DNA of 64,000 bases from Candidatus Omnitrophota bacterium (GCA_013287965.1 JABDCU010000002.1:27133-91132), one strand, 5' to 3'. Counted from the stretch's first letter, positions 28,601 to 37,730 are shown. The notes: generated from the sequence alone by a model not told the origin. Numbers and translations: made by a program.

Positions 28601-30349
28601 ACTGCTCTATACGCCACGGGTGATGTTTTTTCGAGAAGAGCTGCTGAATTTGCTGAAAAAGTTGCCGAAGCCGCTGATGGTGGGACTATCAAGATCACCG
28701 CGGCAAAAATAGATGGAACCCTGTCTATATTGACGCCGGAACAGGCTAATGATGACAGCCTTAGTTATATTTGGATAGCCGAGAATTTTACATCCGGGGG
28801 ATTAGGGTTTTCCAAATGGCCAAAAACTAAAGCCCCTCTTTTCATTGATGCGACATCAATTGCTGGTGGAAAAATCTACTCCCCTGAAGATTACAAAAAC
28901 GTGGGTGGCATTATCTTCGGGGCTCAGAAATTTCTTGGTGCTTCTGGCGGACTAACGGTGGCCGTTATACGTAATGATCTGATCAAAGAAGGGATGGCTT
29001 TTAGAGGTACTGCACCGGTAGAAGATTTTAGTTTTTGGAAAAAATATCCAACCCTTGTAACGCCTAATGTCGGCGGTGAATTAGATATGTTGGATATTTT
29101 GAAATTTTATGAAAAATATGGGGGTATCCGTGTGCAAGAAGCTCGAGCGATTGAACGTTCAAGCATACTTTATACCGTGATCGATCGTTCAAATGGTTTT
29201 TATAAAGGATTTATCCAAGATCCAAATGAAAGATCAATCGCGAATGTTGTATTTCATATGAGGGATCCTCAATTGACAGCTGAGTTTAAGCGAGAAGGGC
29301 AGAAAAGAGGATTGCATTTTATGTCTGGTTTTTCATCAACAGCTGGAGGCCCCGCAGGAGAAAGCCTGCGTATCAGCATGTATAGCGGTATTTCGATAAA
29401 AGATACTCTCAGACTTGCTGAATTTATGCGTGACTTTCAAGCAGAACATGGTCCAGCGAAAGAAGACACGGCGATGGTGAGCCGAGGAGATTTTGTTCAA
29501 ACACTACAGCATGAATTAGGATTTGTCGATCGCGATATTCTTATACATGAGTCAACCGCCCTAGGTTCACCGGTTATCTCCATGAAGCTGTCAGTACTGA
29601 AAGAACGTTTTGAAGATGATTCTAACAGTACTGTGGAGCGGAGTATTTTTCCGCAGTATTTAAGTTTGAAGTTTCACATTTACGGCGAAGACAGACCCGT
29701 TAGAAGAGTTTATATTTCTATCGGCGAATTTTATTCACTTTTAGAACCATCCAACAAGGCAATGACTGGTAATAAGAATGAAATGATTGGGCTTAGACAG
29801 ATGATTCAAGAGATTAGTACAAATTTGCGTAGATCTGATGTTGCGATTGATCGTCGAGAATTGGCTGCTACCATGGTGATCAAAATAGCGGGAGCGCCTA
29901 TTTATCAAGTTTTTCTAAAGACGAACGATCGTGGATCATATATCGTATCTGCTGATGTTTGGAATTATAATGGTGCTATCCATTTGGCCGGCCCATTCGT
30001 TTTCTTGAATAAAGTTCCATTTCAGGCATCAGGTGAAGCGATCCTTTCTGAGTTGTTGGATTCAGCTGACGGGGCGATGGCTGGACGTAAAGTAAGAATC
30101 AGTCAACAGTCTTCTTCCAGGTCAGACAAAGCAGCATTGACCATTAATCCTACAGGCGGTATTGATTTAAGCCAGCAGGATGCGGCTTTGCAAGTCACGA
30201 AAGATGCTAACGGCGGGGTGAAGGTTTCTGTGGACCCTGCCTTGATCGCGCGTATCGAGCGTGAAGGCATGACAGAAGTCGACCCCGTGATCATTAACAT
30301 GCAGCCCGCGGATATAGAATCTTTGTTTGGTGTTAAAGCTGCGATTTAA
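25625..30349 (+). CDS. Giant (1574 aa) exported/membrane multidomain protein with embedded SerC-like class V aminotransferase domain
   Basis: N-terminal signal-like segment. Hydrophobic cluster around aa 430-620. aa 903-1276 (nt 28331-29452) aligns by eye along its whole length with phosphoserine aminotransferase (FSPGPAHIPQEVL, RDLLNVPKDFEIFLL, FGAQKFLGASGGLTVAVIRNDL, LRISMYSG). Confidence 0.75.
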   Translation: MFFRRLLCLWVIVSFVSTLIVPSQTLFAQTVLDLPAVGTMVSVSPSFEPTLIRGLTVHQDNPFLFDFIVDPGQSKLSKQDLKDESGRMIKYFFAALTIPDKDIWVNLSPYEKDRMVPASLGVTAMGRDLLAQDYMLKQLTASLIYPQKALGKTFWNKVYAKAKETYGTTQIPVNTFNKVWIVPQRVGVYEHGQTAFIVSGHLKVMLEEDYLSLAKHNAVNSAKAGIHSVGSQIIRQIILPEIEKEINEGKNFSTLRQIFYAQALAVWFKRNLKQALLNRVYANKGTVKGIDQNDNATNEAIYHQYLRAYKKGVFNYIKEDKIPYSFDPNTGDQRTIARKYFSGGYFGNEAMLSFIPASLPEVERVAARNGLYRETVVAETKEADAEVLARNAAVALEPANSEDDAMISDFLAFFNDYQNLKHIHELSVFGLGVGLGYGDWLDEKAKKAKTLKDKLKYYRRLHLSVAEYPIRSILPTAAIGFLTTGIAMTIKAGLTPFSMPWLMGMQLGGGFEFAEGISNYRPYVKQKYLAAKAGNAKELERLESLDDNPSRKRFLGWDWKGYLAIVFLGATEITFPSGMTQDIQTYFQHYGTVAQIVFQFLPLAVGIAAGLGAGYLASDKRNQKLLKKQNAAIGVSDAEKDGNNLVENLRQTAVPARAGSDMDILKVLMEIGDSKSPLRSTGIYKPILEILRGDKSIDDTLTEFTVESRAERRAFFIAAWLTVKRELSPQAIWPIYGYLNNRVQNLGGEFYARKHSIKILTESTRNSQIAEEIINEAVDMMDAAMRTSLDIVVPPEKVNELLINLYRIVNYKKVSFQLSNRRGKEIAFELGNTELNERNIENFKDFFSSHGGEFIGGAYDVKVSQLITKGTKGVISHWKEGRASIIALLKNYYTPDLESAPNVSFSPGPAHIPQEVLKERIKRAQEGLKFGFGLNSAAYVHPDFQKVHQEVKDRLRDLLNVPKDFEIFLLPSAMSMVFALIPRNFLHLKPRHTALYATGDVFSRRAAEFAEKVAEAADGGTIKITAAKIDGTLSILTPEQANDDSLSYIWIAENFTSGGLGFSKWPKTKAPLFIDATSIAGGKIYSPEDYKNVGGIIFGAQKFLGASGGLTVAVIRNDLIKEGMAFRGTAPVEDFSFWKKYPTLVTPNVGGELDMLDILKFYEKYGGIRVQEARAIERSSILYTVIDRSNGFYKGFIQDPNERSIANVVFHMRDPQLTAEFKREGQKRGLHFMSGFSSTAGGPAGESLRISMYSGISIKDTLRLAEFMRDFQAEHGPAKEDTAMVSRGDFVQTLQHELGFVDRDILIHESTALGSPVISMKLSVLKERFEDDSNSTVERSIFPQYLSLKFHIYGEDRPVRRVYISIGEFYSLLEPSNKAMTGNKNEMIGLRQMIQEISTNLRRSDVAIDRRELAATMVIKIAGAPIYQVFLKTNDRGSYIVSADVWNYNGAIHLAGPFVFLNKVPFQASGEAILSELLDSADGAMAGRKVRISQQSSSRSDKAALTINPTGGIDLSQQDAALQVTKDANGGVKVSVDPALIARIEREGMTEVDPVIINMQPADIESLFGVKAAI
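26286..26304. repeat. Half-copy of the 27-bp palindromic repeat inside the giant gene
   Basis: GCGCGAAAGCGGGAATCCA (translated AKAGIH). The left arm is not recognisable. Confidence 0.6.
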
Positions 30350-30410
30350 ACTCTTCGTACAAATCAACTAACCCTTGTTTTTACCCCCCTTTGATGATAG
30401 TATTTTGCCT

Positions 30411-30671
30411 ATGTCTATAAGCAAAGAAGATGTTAAATATATCGCTGCTTTAGCGCGCATCGACGTGCCTGAAGATAAGCTGGAAGGCTTTACCAAAAGC
30501 CTGGGGGGCATTGTCCAATACGTGGAACAATTGCAAAAACTCGACGTGAGTAATGTCAAACCCACCAGCCATGCCGTGCCTGTCGGGAATGTTCTGCGCT
30601 CTGACGTGGTAAAGCCATCATTAATAAGTAAAGAAGCCCTTGTCTTTAAAGTGCCTCTAATCATCGAATGA
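30411..30671 (+). CDS. gatC: Asp/Glu-tRNA(Asn/Gln) amidotransferase subunit C
   Basis: [17 protein letters not shown]... typical GatC. Internal ATG 30411 preferred over the ORF-track start at 30375. Confidence 0.88.
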   Translation: MSISKEDVKYIAALARIDVPEDKLEGFTKSLGGIVQYVEQLQKLDVSNVKPTSHAVPVGNVLRSDVVKPSLISKEALVFKVPLIIE

Positions 30672-32095
30672 ACCTGCACTCACTGACCGCTCACGCATTA
30701 TTGGATTTATTTAAGTCCGGCAAAGCTTCTTCTAAAGAAGCCTATGAGGCTGTTTTGGGCCGTATCAAGGCTGTTGACCCTAAAGTCAAAGCCTATGTGC
30801 ATATGGCCCACGCTCAGCCGGGTTATGCCGGGGATTTTCAAATACCGATTGCCATCAAAGATAATTTATGTACGAAAGGTGAGGAGATCACCTGTGCTTC
30901 GCGTATTCTAAAGGGCTTTCGCTCACCCTACGACGCCGGAGTGATAGAACGGATCAAGAAAAGCGGCGGGACGATTTTGGGGATCGTAAACATGGATGAA
31001 TTTGCCTTTGGTTCGTCCTGCGAAACATCCTGTTACGGTCCGACGTTCAATCCTTGGAATTTACAATGCGTGCCTGGCGGCTCCAGCGGCGGGTCTGCCG
31101 CGGCAGTGGCCGCGGATGAGGCCATGTGGGCCTTGGGTTCAGACACCGGCGGGTCTATCCGTCAGCCTGCGTCTTTTTGCGGTATCGTTGGTTTAAAACC
31201 GACGTATGGTCGTGTTTCGCGCTATGGCTTGATTGCCTTTGCCTCAAGTTTAGACCAGATCGGGCCGTTGACCAAGGATGTGCGTGACTGCGCCTTGCTC
31301 ATGAACATTATTGCAGGCTATGATGAACGTGATTCTACGTCAGTCAATGAGCCCGTGCCTGATTATACAAAAGCTTTAGTCAATGATGTGCGTGGCCTTA
31401 AGATCGGCATTCCTAAAGAAGCATTTGTCGAAGGGCTGGACCCTGAAGTGCGCCGCTCGGTGGAAGATGCGATTGATTTGCTTAAAAAGCAAGGCGCTAT
31501 AATCAAGGAAGTATCTTTGCCGCATACGCCTTACGCGGTGGCTACTTATTATATCGTCGCAACAGCCGAGGCCAGTTCTAATTTGGCTCGTTTTGATGGG
31601 GTACGCTATGGTTTGCGCGCCCAACCGGCAAAGGTCCGTAAAAACGCCTTGATTGATATGTATGAAGAGACCCGTTCGCTCGGGTTTGGGGATGAGGCCA
31701 AGCGCCGCATCATGCTCGGCACCTATGCCTTGTCTTCCGGTTATTATGATGCTTATTATTTACGCGGCCAAAAAGTGCGCACCTTGATCAAAAATGACCT
31801 GGATGAGGTTTTCAAGGATTGTGATGTGATCATGACCCCCACAAGCCCGACGGTGTCTTTTAAAGTAGGGGAGAAGGTGAGTGATCCTTTGAGCATGTAT
31901 TTATCGGATATTTACACGATCCCTGCTAATTTGGCAGGTATTCCGGCGATCTCTGTGCCTTGCGGGTTTTCCAAAAGCGGCTTGCCTATTGGTTTGCAAT
32001 TAATGGGCAAAGCGTTTGATGAAGAAATGTTGTTGCGTGTGTCTTATACGTATGAGCAGAATACAGAGTGGCATTTAAAGAAACCAAAATTATAG
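30668..32095 (+). CDS. gatA: Glutamyl-tRNA(Gln) amidotransferase subunit A
   Basis: Amidase signature [12 protein letters not shown] and [16 protein letters not shown] overlap with gatC. Confidence 0.96.
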   Translation: MNLHSLTAHALLDLFKSGKASSKEAYEAVLGRIKAVDPKVKAYVHMAHAQPGYAGDFQIPIAIKDNLCTKGEEITCASRILKGFRSPYDAGVIERIKKSGGTILGIVNMDEFAFGSSCETSCYGPTFNPWNLQCVPGGSSGGSAAAVAADEAMWALGSDTGGSIRQPASFCGIVGLKPTYGRVSRYGLIAFASSLDQIGPLTKDVRDCALLMNIIAGYDERDSTSVNEPVPDYTKALVNDVRGLKIGIPKEAFVEGLDPEVRRSVEDAIDLLKKQGAIIKEVSLPHTPYAVATYYIVATAEASSNLARFDGVRYGLRAQPAKVRKNALIDMYEETRSLGFGDEAKRRIMLGTYALSSGYYDAYYLRGQKVRTLIKNDLDEVFKDCDVIMTPTSPTVSFKVGEKVSDPLSMYLSDIYTIPANLAGIPAISVPCGFSKSGLPIGLQLMGKAFDEEMLLRVSYTYEQNTEWHLKKPKL

Positions 32096-32106
32096 TCTGC
32101 GTCAAA

Positions 32107-32218
32107 CAGACGTTGGAATAATTTTTGAAGCCAAAATGCGTGCTTTTGCTCCTAACTTATCCAGGAATCAGTAAGTAGCAATTAGCATTTTGGCGGAAAA
32201 AATTTATTCCAACGTCTG
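32107..32218. repeat. Long rod-like imperfect palindrome (element H4) in gatA-gatB gap
   Basis: CAGACGTTGGAATAA/TTATTCCAACGTCTG (15/15) and GCCAAAATGC/GCATTTTGGC (10/10). Internal AATTTTTGAAG motif as in H1. Confidence 0.85.
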
Positions 32219-32242
32219 TATGGCACGATTTGTGGGTACAAT

Positions 32243-33679
32243 ATGTCACAATTTGAAACCGTCATAGGACTTGAAGTCCATTTGCAATTAAGCACCAAGA
32301 GCAAGATCTTTTGTTCTTGCGCCAATCAATATGGCTGTGCGCCTAATACCAATGTCTGTCCGGTATGTTTGGGACTTCCGGGTACCTTGCCGGTATTGAA
32401 TCACCAAGCTCTTTTGTACGGCATCAAGGTTGGCCTGGCGCTTAACGCGGAAATTAATTCCTTTATCAAATTCGACCGTAAAAATTATTATTATCCGGAC
32501 CTGCCCAAGGGGTATCAAATTTCCCAATTTGATTTTCCCGTGGCCAAGAATGGCTATCTGAAAATTAAAAGCGGAAAAGAAGAAAAACGTATCGGCATCA
32601 CCCGCGCCCATCTCGAGGAGGATGCCGGTAAATTAGTGCATGATACTTCAAATTCCTGTTCTCTGGCTGATTTTAACCGTACCGGCACACCCTTGATTGA
32701 GATCGTGACTGAGCCGGACCTGCGCTCGCCCCAGGAGGCGTATGATTATCTCAACACCTTGAAATTGACCTTGCAGTATTTAGGGGTCTCCGATTGTGAC
32801 ATGGAAAAAGGTTCGTTGCGTTGTGATGCCAATGTTTCTATACGTCCGATCGGTCAAACGAGCTTGGGCACCAAGACAGAATTAAAGAACATGAACTCCT
32901 TCCGCGCGGTAAAGACCGCTTTGGAATATGAGGTGCGCCGCCACGAACAGGTGATCACCGCCGGCGGAAAAATCGTGCAGGAGACCTTGTTATGGGATGA
33001 TGAGAAAGCACAGACCCAAACCATGCGTTCCAAAGAGCAGGCCCATGATTACCGGTATTTTCCTGATCCTGACCTGGTACCTTTTACCATTGATTATAAG
33101 GTCATCGACGGCGTGCGTGCTGAATTGCCAGAGCTTCCGCAGGCGAAATTTTTACGTTTTTTAAGCCAGTATGGTCTTTCAGAATACGATGCCAATATCC
33201 TGGTAGCAGACCATGGCATGGCTGATTTTTTTGAGGCAGCGGTCAAAGAATATCCTCAGGGTAAGAAAATAGCCAATTGGCTGGCCGGCCCTGTCTTGAT
33301 GGAACTTAATAATCGCAAAGCAGCTATTAATGAGTTAAAATTAACACCGAAGGATTTAGTGACCTTGATCGCCAAGGTTGAAGATGGGGTGGTCAGTAAT
33401 TTAGTTGGAAAAGAAGTCCTGACCTTTATGCTGGATGAAGGTAAGGGGGCGGATGATATTATTAAAGAAAAAGGCCTGGCCCAAGTTTCAGACGATTCGG
33501 CGCTTCTTGTCATTATTGATGAAGTGATCGCCCAGAATCCGGCCGTGGTCGAACAGATCAAATCGGGCAAGTCCAATACAGTCGGATTTTTAGTGGGGCA
33601 GGCCATGAAAAGATCAGGCGGCCGCGCGAACCCTAAGAAATTAAACGAGCTCATAACCAGGAGAATCACAGGTGCCTAA
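32243..33679 (+). CDS. gatB: Asp/Glu-tRNA(Asn/Gln) amidotransferase subunit B
   Basis: ETVIGLEVHLQL, CPVCLGLPG, YFPDPDL, C-terminal GatB/YqeY domain. Confidence 0.96.
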   Translation: MSQFETVIGLEVHLQLSTKSKIFCSCANQYGCAPNTNVCPVCLGLPGTLPVLNHQALLYGIKVGLALNAEINSFIKFDRKNYYYPDLPKGYQISQFDFPVAKNGYLKIKSGKEEKRIGITRAHLEEDAGKLVHDTSNSCSLADFNRTGTPLIEIVTEPDLRSPQEAYDYLNTLKLTLQYLGVSDCDMEKGSLRCDANVSIRPIGQTSLGTKTELKNMNSFRAVKTALEYEVRRHEQVITAGGKIVQETLLWDDEKAQTQTMRSKEQAHDYRYFPDPDLVPFTIDYKVIDGVRAELPELPQAKFLRFLSQYGLSEYDANILVADHGMADFFEAAVKEYPQGKKIANWLAGPVLMELNNRKAAINELKLTPKDLVTLIAKVEDGVVSNLVGKEVLTFMLDEGKGADDIIKEKGLAQVSDDSALLVIIDEVIAQNPAVVEQIKSGKSNTVGFLVGQAMKRSGGRANPKKLNELITRRITGA

Positions 33680-34976
33680 AAAAACTTTTGTATGGGGATT
33701 TGTTTTATTGGCCCTGCTGGGGATCACGAGCCTCGGTGTTTCGCAGGTTACGGCTGTAACCAAGAAGGACTTATATTCCCAAGTCGAGCTTTTCAGTTAC
33801 GCGCTGACAACCGTCCAGTCGGACTATGTTGATCAAAAGAGTCCGCAGGAGCTGATCTATGGAGCGCTCAAAGGCATGCTTTCATCGCTTGATCCGCACA
33901 GCCAATTCATGGACCCTGACGAATACAAGGATTTAAAGACGGAGACAGAGGGAAAATTCGGCGGTCTTGGTATCGAAATTTCTATCAAAGATGATTTATT
34001 GACGGTCATTTCCCCCTTAGAAGACTCGCCGGCCTGGCGCGCGGGCATCAAAGCAGGAGACAAGATCGTTAAGATCGATCACGATGTCACCCGTGATATG
34101 AGCTTGGATGACGCGGTCAAGAAATTGCGGGGGAACCCGGGCACTAAGGTGATGGTTACCATCCTGCGCGAAAGTGATGATCTGGTCAAAGATTTTACCA
34201 TTACCCGGGAGATCATCCACGTGGATGATATCAAGGACCCGCATATCATCGGGGACCATATCGGCTATGTGCGCCTGACAGAATTCCGTGAGAATTCCTA
34301 CAATGAATTACACCAGGCCCTGGAAAAATTAAAGGCCCAGGGAGCGGACAGTCTGGTCCTGGACCTGCGTAATAATCCTGGCGGTTTATTGGATGTGGCC
34401 ATCAAGATCGCCGAAGATTTCCTGCCTTCAGGCAAGACGATCGTTTCAACCAGGGGCAGGCATTCTTCCGAAGATTATATGGCCAAGTCCCAGAACGACG
34501 GCGGTGAATTCCTGGATTGGCCGATGGTGGTGATGATCAATGAAGGTTCTGCTTCAGGAAGTGAAATTGTGGCCGGTGCCCTTCGGGACAATAAAAGGGC
34601 GGTCTTGGTCGGGGTCAAATCTTTCGGTAAAGGCTCAGTGCAGTCCGTGATCCCATTACCCGACGGGTCAGGTCTGCGCCTGACCACGGCCAAATATTTT
34701 ACTCCTTCGGGCATATGCATTAACGGTATCGGCATCACGCCGGATGTGGTGATTGAAGCGAATAATCCTAAAGAAGATGAAGACAGCGACGATGGCAAAG
34801 CCGGTAAAGAAAAGAAAAAAGACGTGGATACCATCTTTTCCGATCTCGAACATAAAGAGGACAAAGGCAAATCCGCTTTGTCTTTAAAGGACAAAAAGGA
34901 CCTTCAGCTGCAAAGTGCCATTAATGTTATCAAAGGCATCAAGATCTCGACGGTATGGCTAAAAGAAAAAAAATAG
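33672..34976 (+). CDS. ctpA: Carboxy-terminal processing protease (S41 family)
   Basis: Signal peptide, PDZ (GIEI...SPLEDSPAWRAGIKAGDKIVKID), LDLRNNPGG, GSASGSEI (Ser), FGKGSVQ (Lys). GTG start with AGGAGA RBS. Confidence 0.88.
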   Translation: MPKKTFVWGFVLLALLGITSLGVSQVTAVTKKDLYSQVELFSYALTTVQSDYVDQKSPQELIYGALKGMLSSLDPHSQFMDPDEYKDLKTETEGKFGGLGIEISIKDDLLTVISPLEDSPAWRAGIKAGDKIVKIDHDVTRDMSLDDAVKKLRGNPGTKVMVTILRESDDLVKDFTITREIIHVDDIKDPHIIGDHIGYVRLTEFRENSYNELHQALEKLKAQGADSLVLDLRNNPGGLLDVAIKIAEDFLPSGKTIVSTRGRHSSEDYMAKSQNDGGEFLDWPMVVMINEGSASGSEIVAGALRDNKRAVLVGVKSFGKGSVQSVIPLPDGSGLRLTTAKYFTPSGICINGIGITPDVVIEANNPKEDEDSDDGKAGKEKKKDVDTIFSDLEHKEDKGKSALSLKDKKDLQLQSAINVIKGIKISTVWLKEKK

Positions 34977-35872
34977 GCGCTCCTAAAGAGGATACGAAGG
35001 TCGTTGCCGTTGTGCTTGGGCTTTTTGCGGCGGCCATTATATTATTTTTTATTTTTTCAAAGCCTAAAGAATCCCGCAAAGAACAGCCGCCTTTGCCCGT
35101 CAGGGTTGTTGAAGCCACCGCTCCGGCTAAGTACAACAGGCCGCCTGAATCCTTGCCTTCTGAAACTGTTTCACCTGAGTCTTTCGAGGGGGTTCCAGGT
35201 TCAGGTGGTAAGATCGCGATCATTATTGATGATTGGGGTCAGACAACAGCTAATTGTAAATATTTAAGAGAGATACCTGAGCCTCTGGCAGTGTCTATAT
35301 TGCCGGGTCTGCGCCATACCAAGGATGTGGCTGATTGTGCAAGAGCTTCTCATAAATTGACCATGCTTCACTTGCCTTTGGAAGCTTTACATAATTATGA
35401 TTTTTATCCGCCGGATTATATCATCAAGACAACCATGAAGCCGGCCTTGGCCTCCAAGATCGTTGACGATGATTTAGACCAATTGCCTTCGATCCAAGGG
35501 GTCAATAATCACATGGGCTCAAAAGCCACAGAGAATAGGCCCTTGATGAAGCTCATATTTAAAAAGATAAAGAAAAAAGGGTTATTTTTTGTCGACAGCA
35601 TGACAGCTCCTCACACTGTTTGCGCGGCGCTGGCTGATGAGATGGGCCTGGCCTTTGGCAAGAGGGATGTTTTTTTGGATAATATCAATACCCGGGAAGC
35701 GATAACAAAGCAGTTCGTGGTCCTGGCCCAAAAAGCCCGCCACAAAGGCTATGCGGTGGCCATTGGCCATGACCGGCATTTGACCATGCAGGTGATCAAG
35801 GATGAGGTCCCGTGGCTGGAAAAACAAGGTTTTCAGATCGTCAGCATTAAAGAGTTACTTCAGAACAAATGA
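34955..35872 (+). CDS. Divergent polysaccharide deacetylase family protein (YibQ-like), membrane anchored
   Basis: N-terminal TM segment. IAIIIDDWG, GVNNHMGS and FFVDS motifs as in YibQ. Lies next to the ctp gene, as in the envC-yibQ context. Confidence 0.7.
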   Translation: MAKRKKIGAPKEDTKVVAVVLGLFAAAIILFFIFSKPKESRKEQPPLPVRVVEATAPAKYNRPPESLPSETVSPESFEGVPGSGGKIAIIIDDWGQTTANCKYLREIPEPLAVSILPGLRHTKDVADCARASHKLTMLHLPLEALHNYDFYPPDYIIKTTMKPALASKIVDDDLDQLPSIQGVNNHMGSKATENRPLMKLIFKKIKKKGLFFVDSMTAPHTVCAALADEMGLAFGKRDVFLDNINTREAITKQFVVLAQKARHKGYAVAIGHDRHLTMQVIKDEVPWLEKQGFQIVSIKELLQNK

Positions 35873-36834
35873 ATATATTAGGCATTGAAACTTCCTGTGA
35901 TGAGACTGCGGCCGCGGTAGTTCGCGACGGTGTCGCGGTGCTTTCCAATTGTATTGCCAGCAGCCTCAAAGACCATCAGCGTTTTGGCGGCATCATCCCG
36001 GAAATTGCTTCCCGCCGTCAGATAGAGTTCATCCACTGGGTGGTAGGCGAAAGTTTAGCCAAGGCTAAGATGACCCTTAAGGATATTGATGCCTTGGCCG
36101 TCACGCGTTCCCCCGGATTGATCGGCTCCTTGCTGGTGGGTCTTTGTTTTGCCCGCGCTTTAAGTCGTGCTACAGGCAAGCCCCTCATTGAAATCGACCA
36201 TATCAAGGCCCACTTGTATGCTAATTATCTACAGTTACCTAAAGAAAAACTTGCTTGCCCCCAAAACCGCCTGCCAGCAATAGGCCTGGTGGTCTCCGGC
36301 GGGCATTCCAGTCTTTTTTATGTTAAGAATTTTAACGATTTTAAATTGTTGGGCGTGACACGCGATGATGCGGCTGGCGAGGCTTTTGACAAGGTGGCGC
36401 GTATCCTGGAATTGGGTTATCCCGGCGGCCCTGTGATCGACCGTTTGGCGGCCAGCGGGACCAACGAAGAGATCAAATTCCCCCAAGCGCCGCTTTCAGG
36501 TACTTATGATTTTTCTTTTAGCGGGACCAAGACCGCGGTGCTTTATTACACCCAAAAGAATAAAAGTAAACCGGATTATTCTGTTGCCAAGGTGGCTTAT
36601 GCTTTCCAGGAAAGTGTCGTCGCTGTTTTGACGGAAAAATCCCTTAAAGCCTGCCGTAAGCTCAAAGTCAAAACACTTTTGATAGGTGGCGGGGTGGCTG
36701 CTAATTCCGCCTTGCGCCGCCGGCTTTATGCCCGGGCCCAAGAACAAGGGGTGGATGTGTTTTTTCCTCCGATGGCTCTTTGCCTGGATAACGCGGCCAT
36801 GATCGCGGGATTAGCGTACCACTCGATAGGTTGA
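35869..36834 (+). CDS. tsaD: tRNA N6-adenosine threonylcarbamoyltransferase
   Basis: ILGIETSCDETAAAV, VSGGHS, GEAFDKVAR, GGGVAAN. Confidence 0.95.
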   Translation: MNILGIETSCDETAAAVVRDGVAVLSNCIASSLKDHQRFGGIIPEIASRRQIEFIHWVVGESLAKAKMTLKDIDALAVTRSPGLIGSLLVGLCFARALSRATGKPLIEIDHIKAHLYANYLQLPKEKLACPQNRLPAIGLVVSGGHSSLFYVKNFNDFKLLGVTRDDAAGEAFDKVARILELGYPGGPVIDRLAASGTNEEIKFPQAPLSGTYDFSFSGTKTAVLYYTQKNKSKPDYSVAKVAYAFQESVVAVLTEKSLKACRKLKVKTLLIGGGVAANSALRRRLYARAQEQGVDVFFPPMALCLDNAAMIAGLAYHSIG

Positions 36835-36867
36835 CCTTGAAGCTTTATTTTGTTAACATTAATTAAT

Positions 36868-36894
36868 TGGATTCCCGCTTTCGCGGGAATGACA
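36868..36894. repeat. 27-bp-family palindromic repeat, intergenic copy (reverse orientation)
   Basis: TGGATTCCCGCTTTCGCGGGAATGACA between tsaD and the bactofilin gene. Confidence 0.9.
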
Positions 36895-36915
36895 TACTAT
36901 TAATAAGGAGGTCCT

Positions 36916-37431
36916 ATGGCCTTTAACCGCAAAGAACATAAAGAATTGCCTGATGAAAAGATCATTGAGATCAACGCCCAGATGGAAGGGACATTGACTT
37001 TTTCTGATCCGGTGAATCTAAAGATCCACGGCCGTTACACGGGCAAGCTTGATACCCGCGGCACCCTGACCATTGGGTCCAGCGCGCAGGTGGAAGCCAA
37101 TATCATTGGTGAGAATGTTATCGTCGCCGGAAAAGTCAAAGGCAATGTCATTGCCAAAAAAATGCTGGTCTTGATGCCGTCAGCCGTCCTGCACGGGGAC
37201 ATTTCAACGCCTAAATTAAACATTGTTGAAGGGGCCCTCTTTCAGGGCCGCTGCCACATGCTGGAAGATGTCCTGACCATCGATGACTTAGCGCAGTATT
37301 TGGAGATCGAAATTCCCGCTATTTTGGAATTGGCCACAACAGGCAAGATCCCTGCGACCAGAGAGGGAGACAACTGGAAATTTGAACGCGCCCAGATCGA
37401 ACAGTGGGCCGCCTCAGGCAAGGTCCGATGA
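36916..37431 (+). CDS. Bactofilin-domain protein fused to C-terminal excisionase-type (HTH_17/MerR-like) DNA-binding domain
   Basis: Beta-helical repeat region (GTLTIGSSAQVEANIIGENVIVAGKVKGNVIA...LHGDISTPKLNIVEGALFQG), then LTIDDLAQYLEIEIPAILELATTGKIPATREGDNWKFERAQIEQW. AGGAGG RBS. Confidence 0.7.
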   Translation: MAFNRKEHKELPDEKIIEINAQMEGTLTFSDPVNLKIHGRYTGKLDTRGTLTIGSSAQVEANIIGENVIVAGKVKGNVIAKKMLVLMPSAVLHGDISTPKLNIVEGALFQGRCHMLEDVLTIDDLAQYLEIEIPAILELATTGKIPATREGDNWKFERAQIEQWAASGKVR

Positions 37432-37730
37432 GCAGTCAATACATCACCGTCCGTGAAACAGCGCAGATCCTGGCCGTGTCCGAGAAAAAGGTCATGGACC
37501 TGATCGAAGGCGGTAATTTACAGGCCTACAGGATCGCGGACCAGTTCCTGCGCCTTAAACGCAATGAAGTCGTTAACATCCTTTCCACCGGCCAGGTCGT
37601 TTCCGAGAATGTTGCCCATGGGTACACTCCCGGGGAACGCGTGCGCGATTTTTTTTATTTTAACGATTTTTATTTGATATCCCTCGCCGTTATCGGTGTT
37701 TTGCTTTACATTATTTTCTTCACCTATTGA
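37428..37730 (+). CDS. Excisionase-type HTH protein with C-terminal transmembrane anchor
   Basis: YITVRETAQILAVSEKKVMDLIEGGNLQAYRI...FLRLKRNEV, then FYLISLAVIGVLLYIIFF. ATGA overlap with the upstream gene. Confidence 0.65.
   Translation: MSSQYITVRETAQILAVSEKKVMDLIEGGNLQAYRIADQFLRLKRNEVVNILSTGQVVSENVAHGYTPGERVRDFFYFNDFYLISLAVIGVLLYIIFFTY

Noticed and set aside
16114-36894. Possibility that the 27-bp palindromes form a CRISPR array
   Set aside because: Copies are kilobases apart, in both orientations, some inside genes. There are no regularly spaced repeats or spacers and no cas genes.
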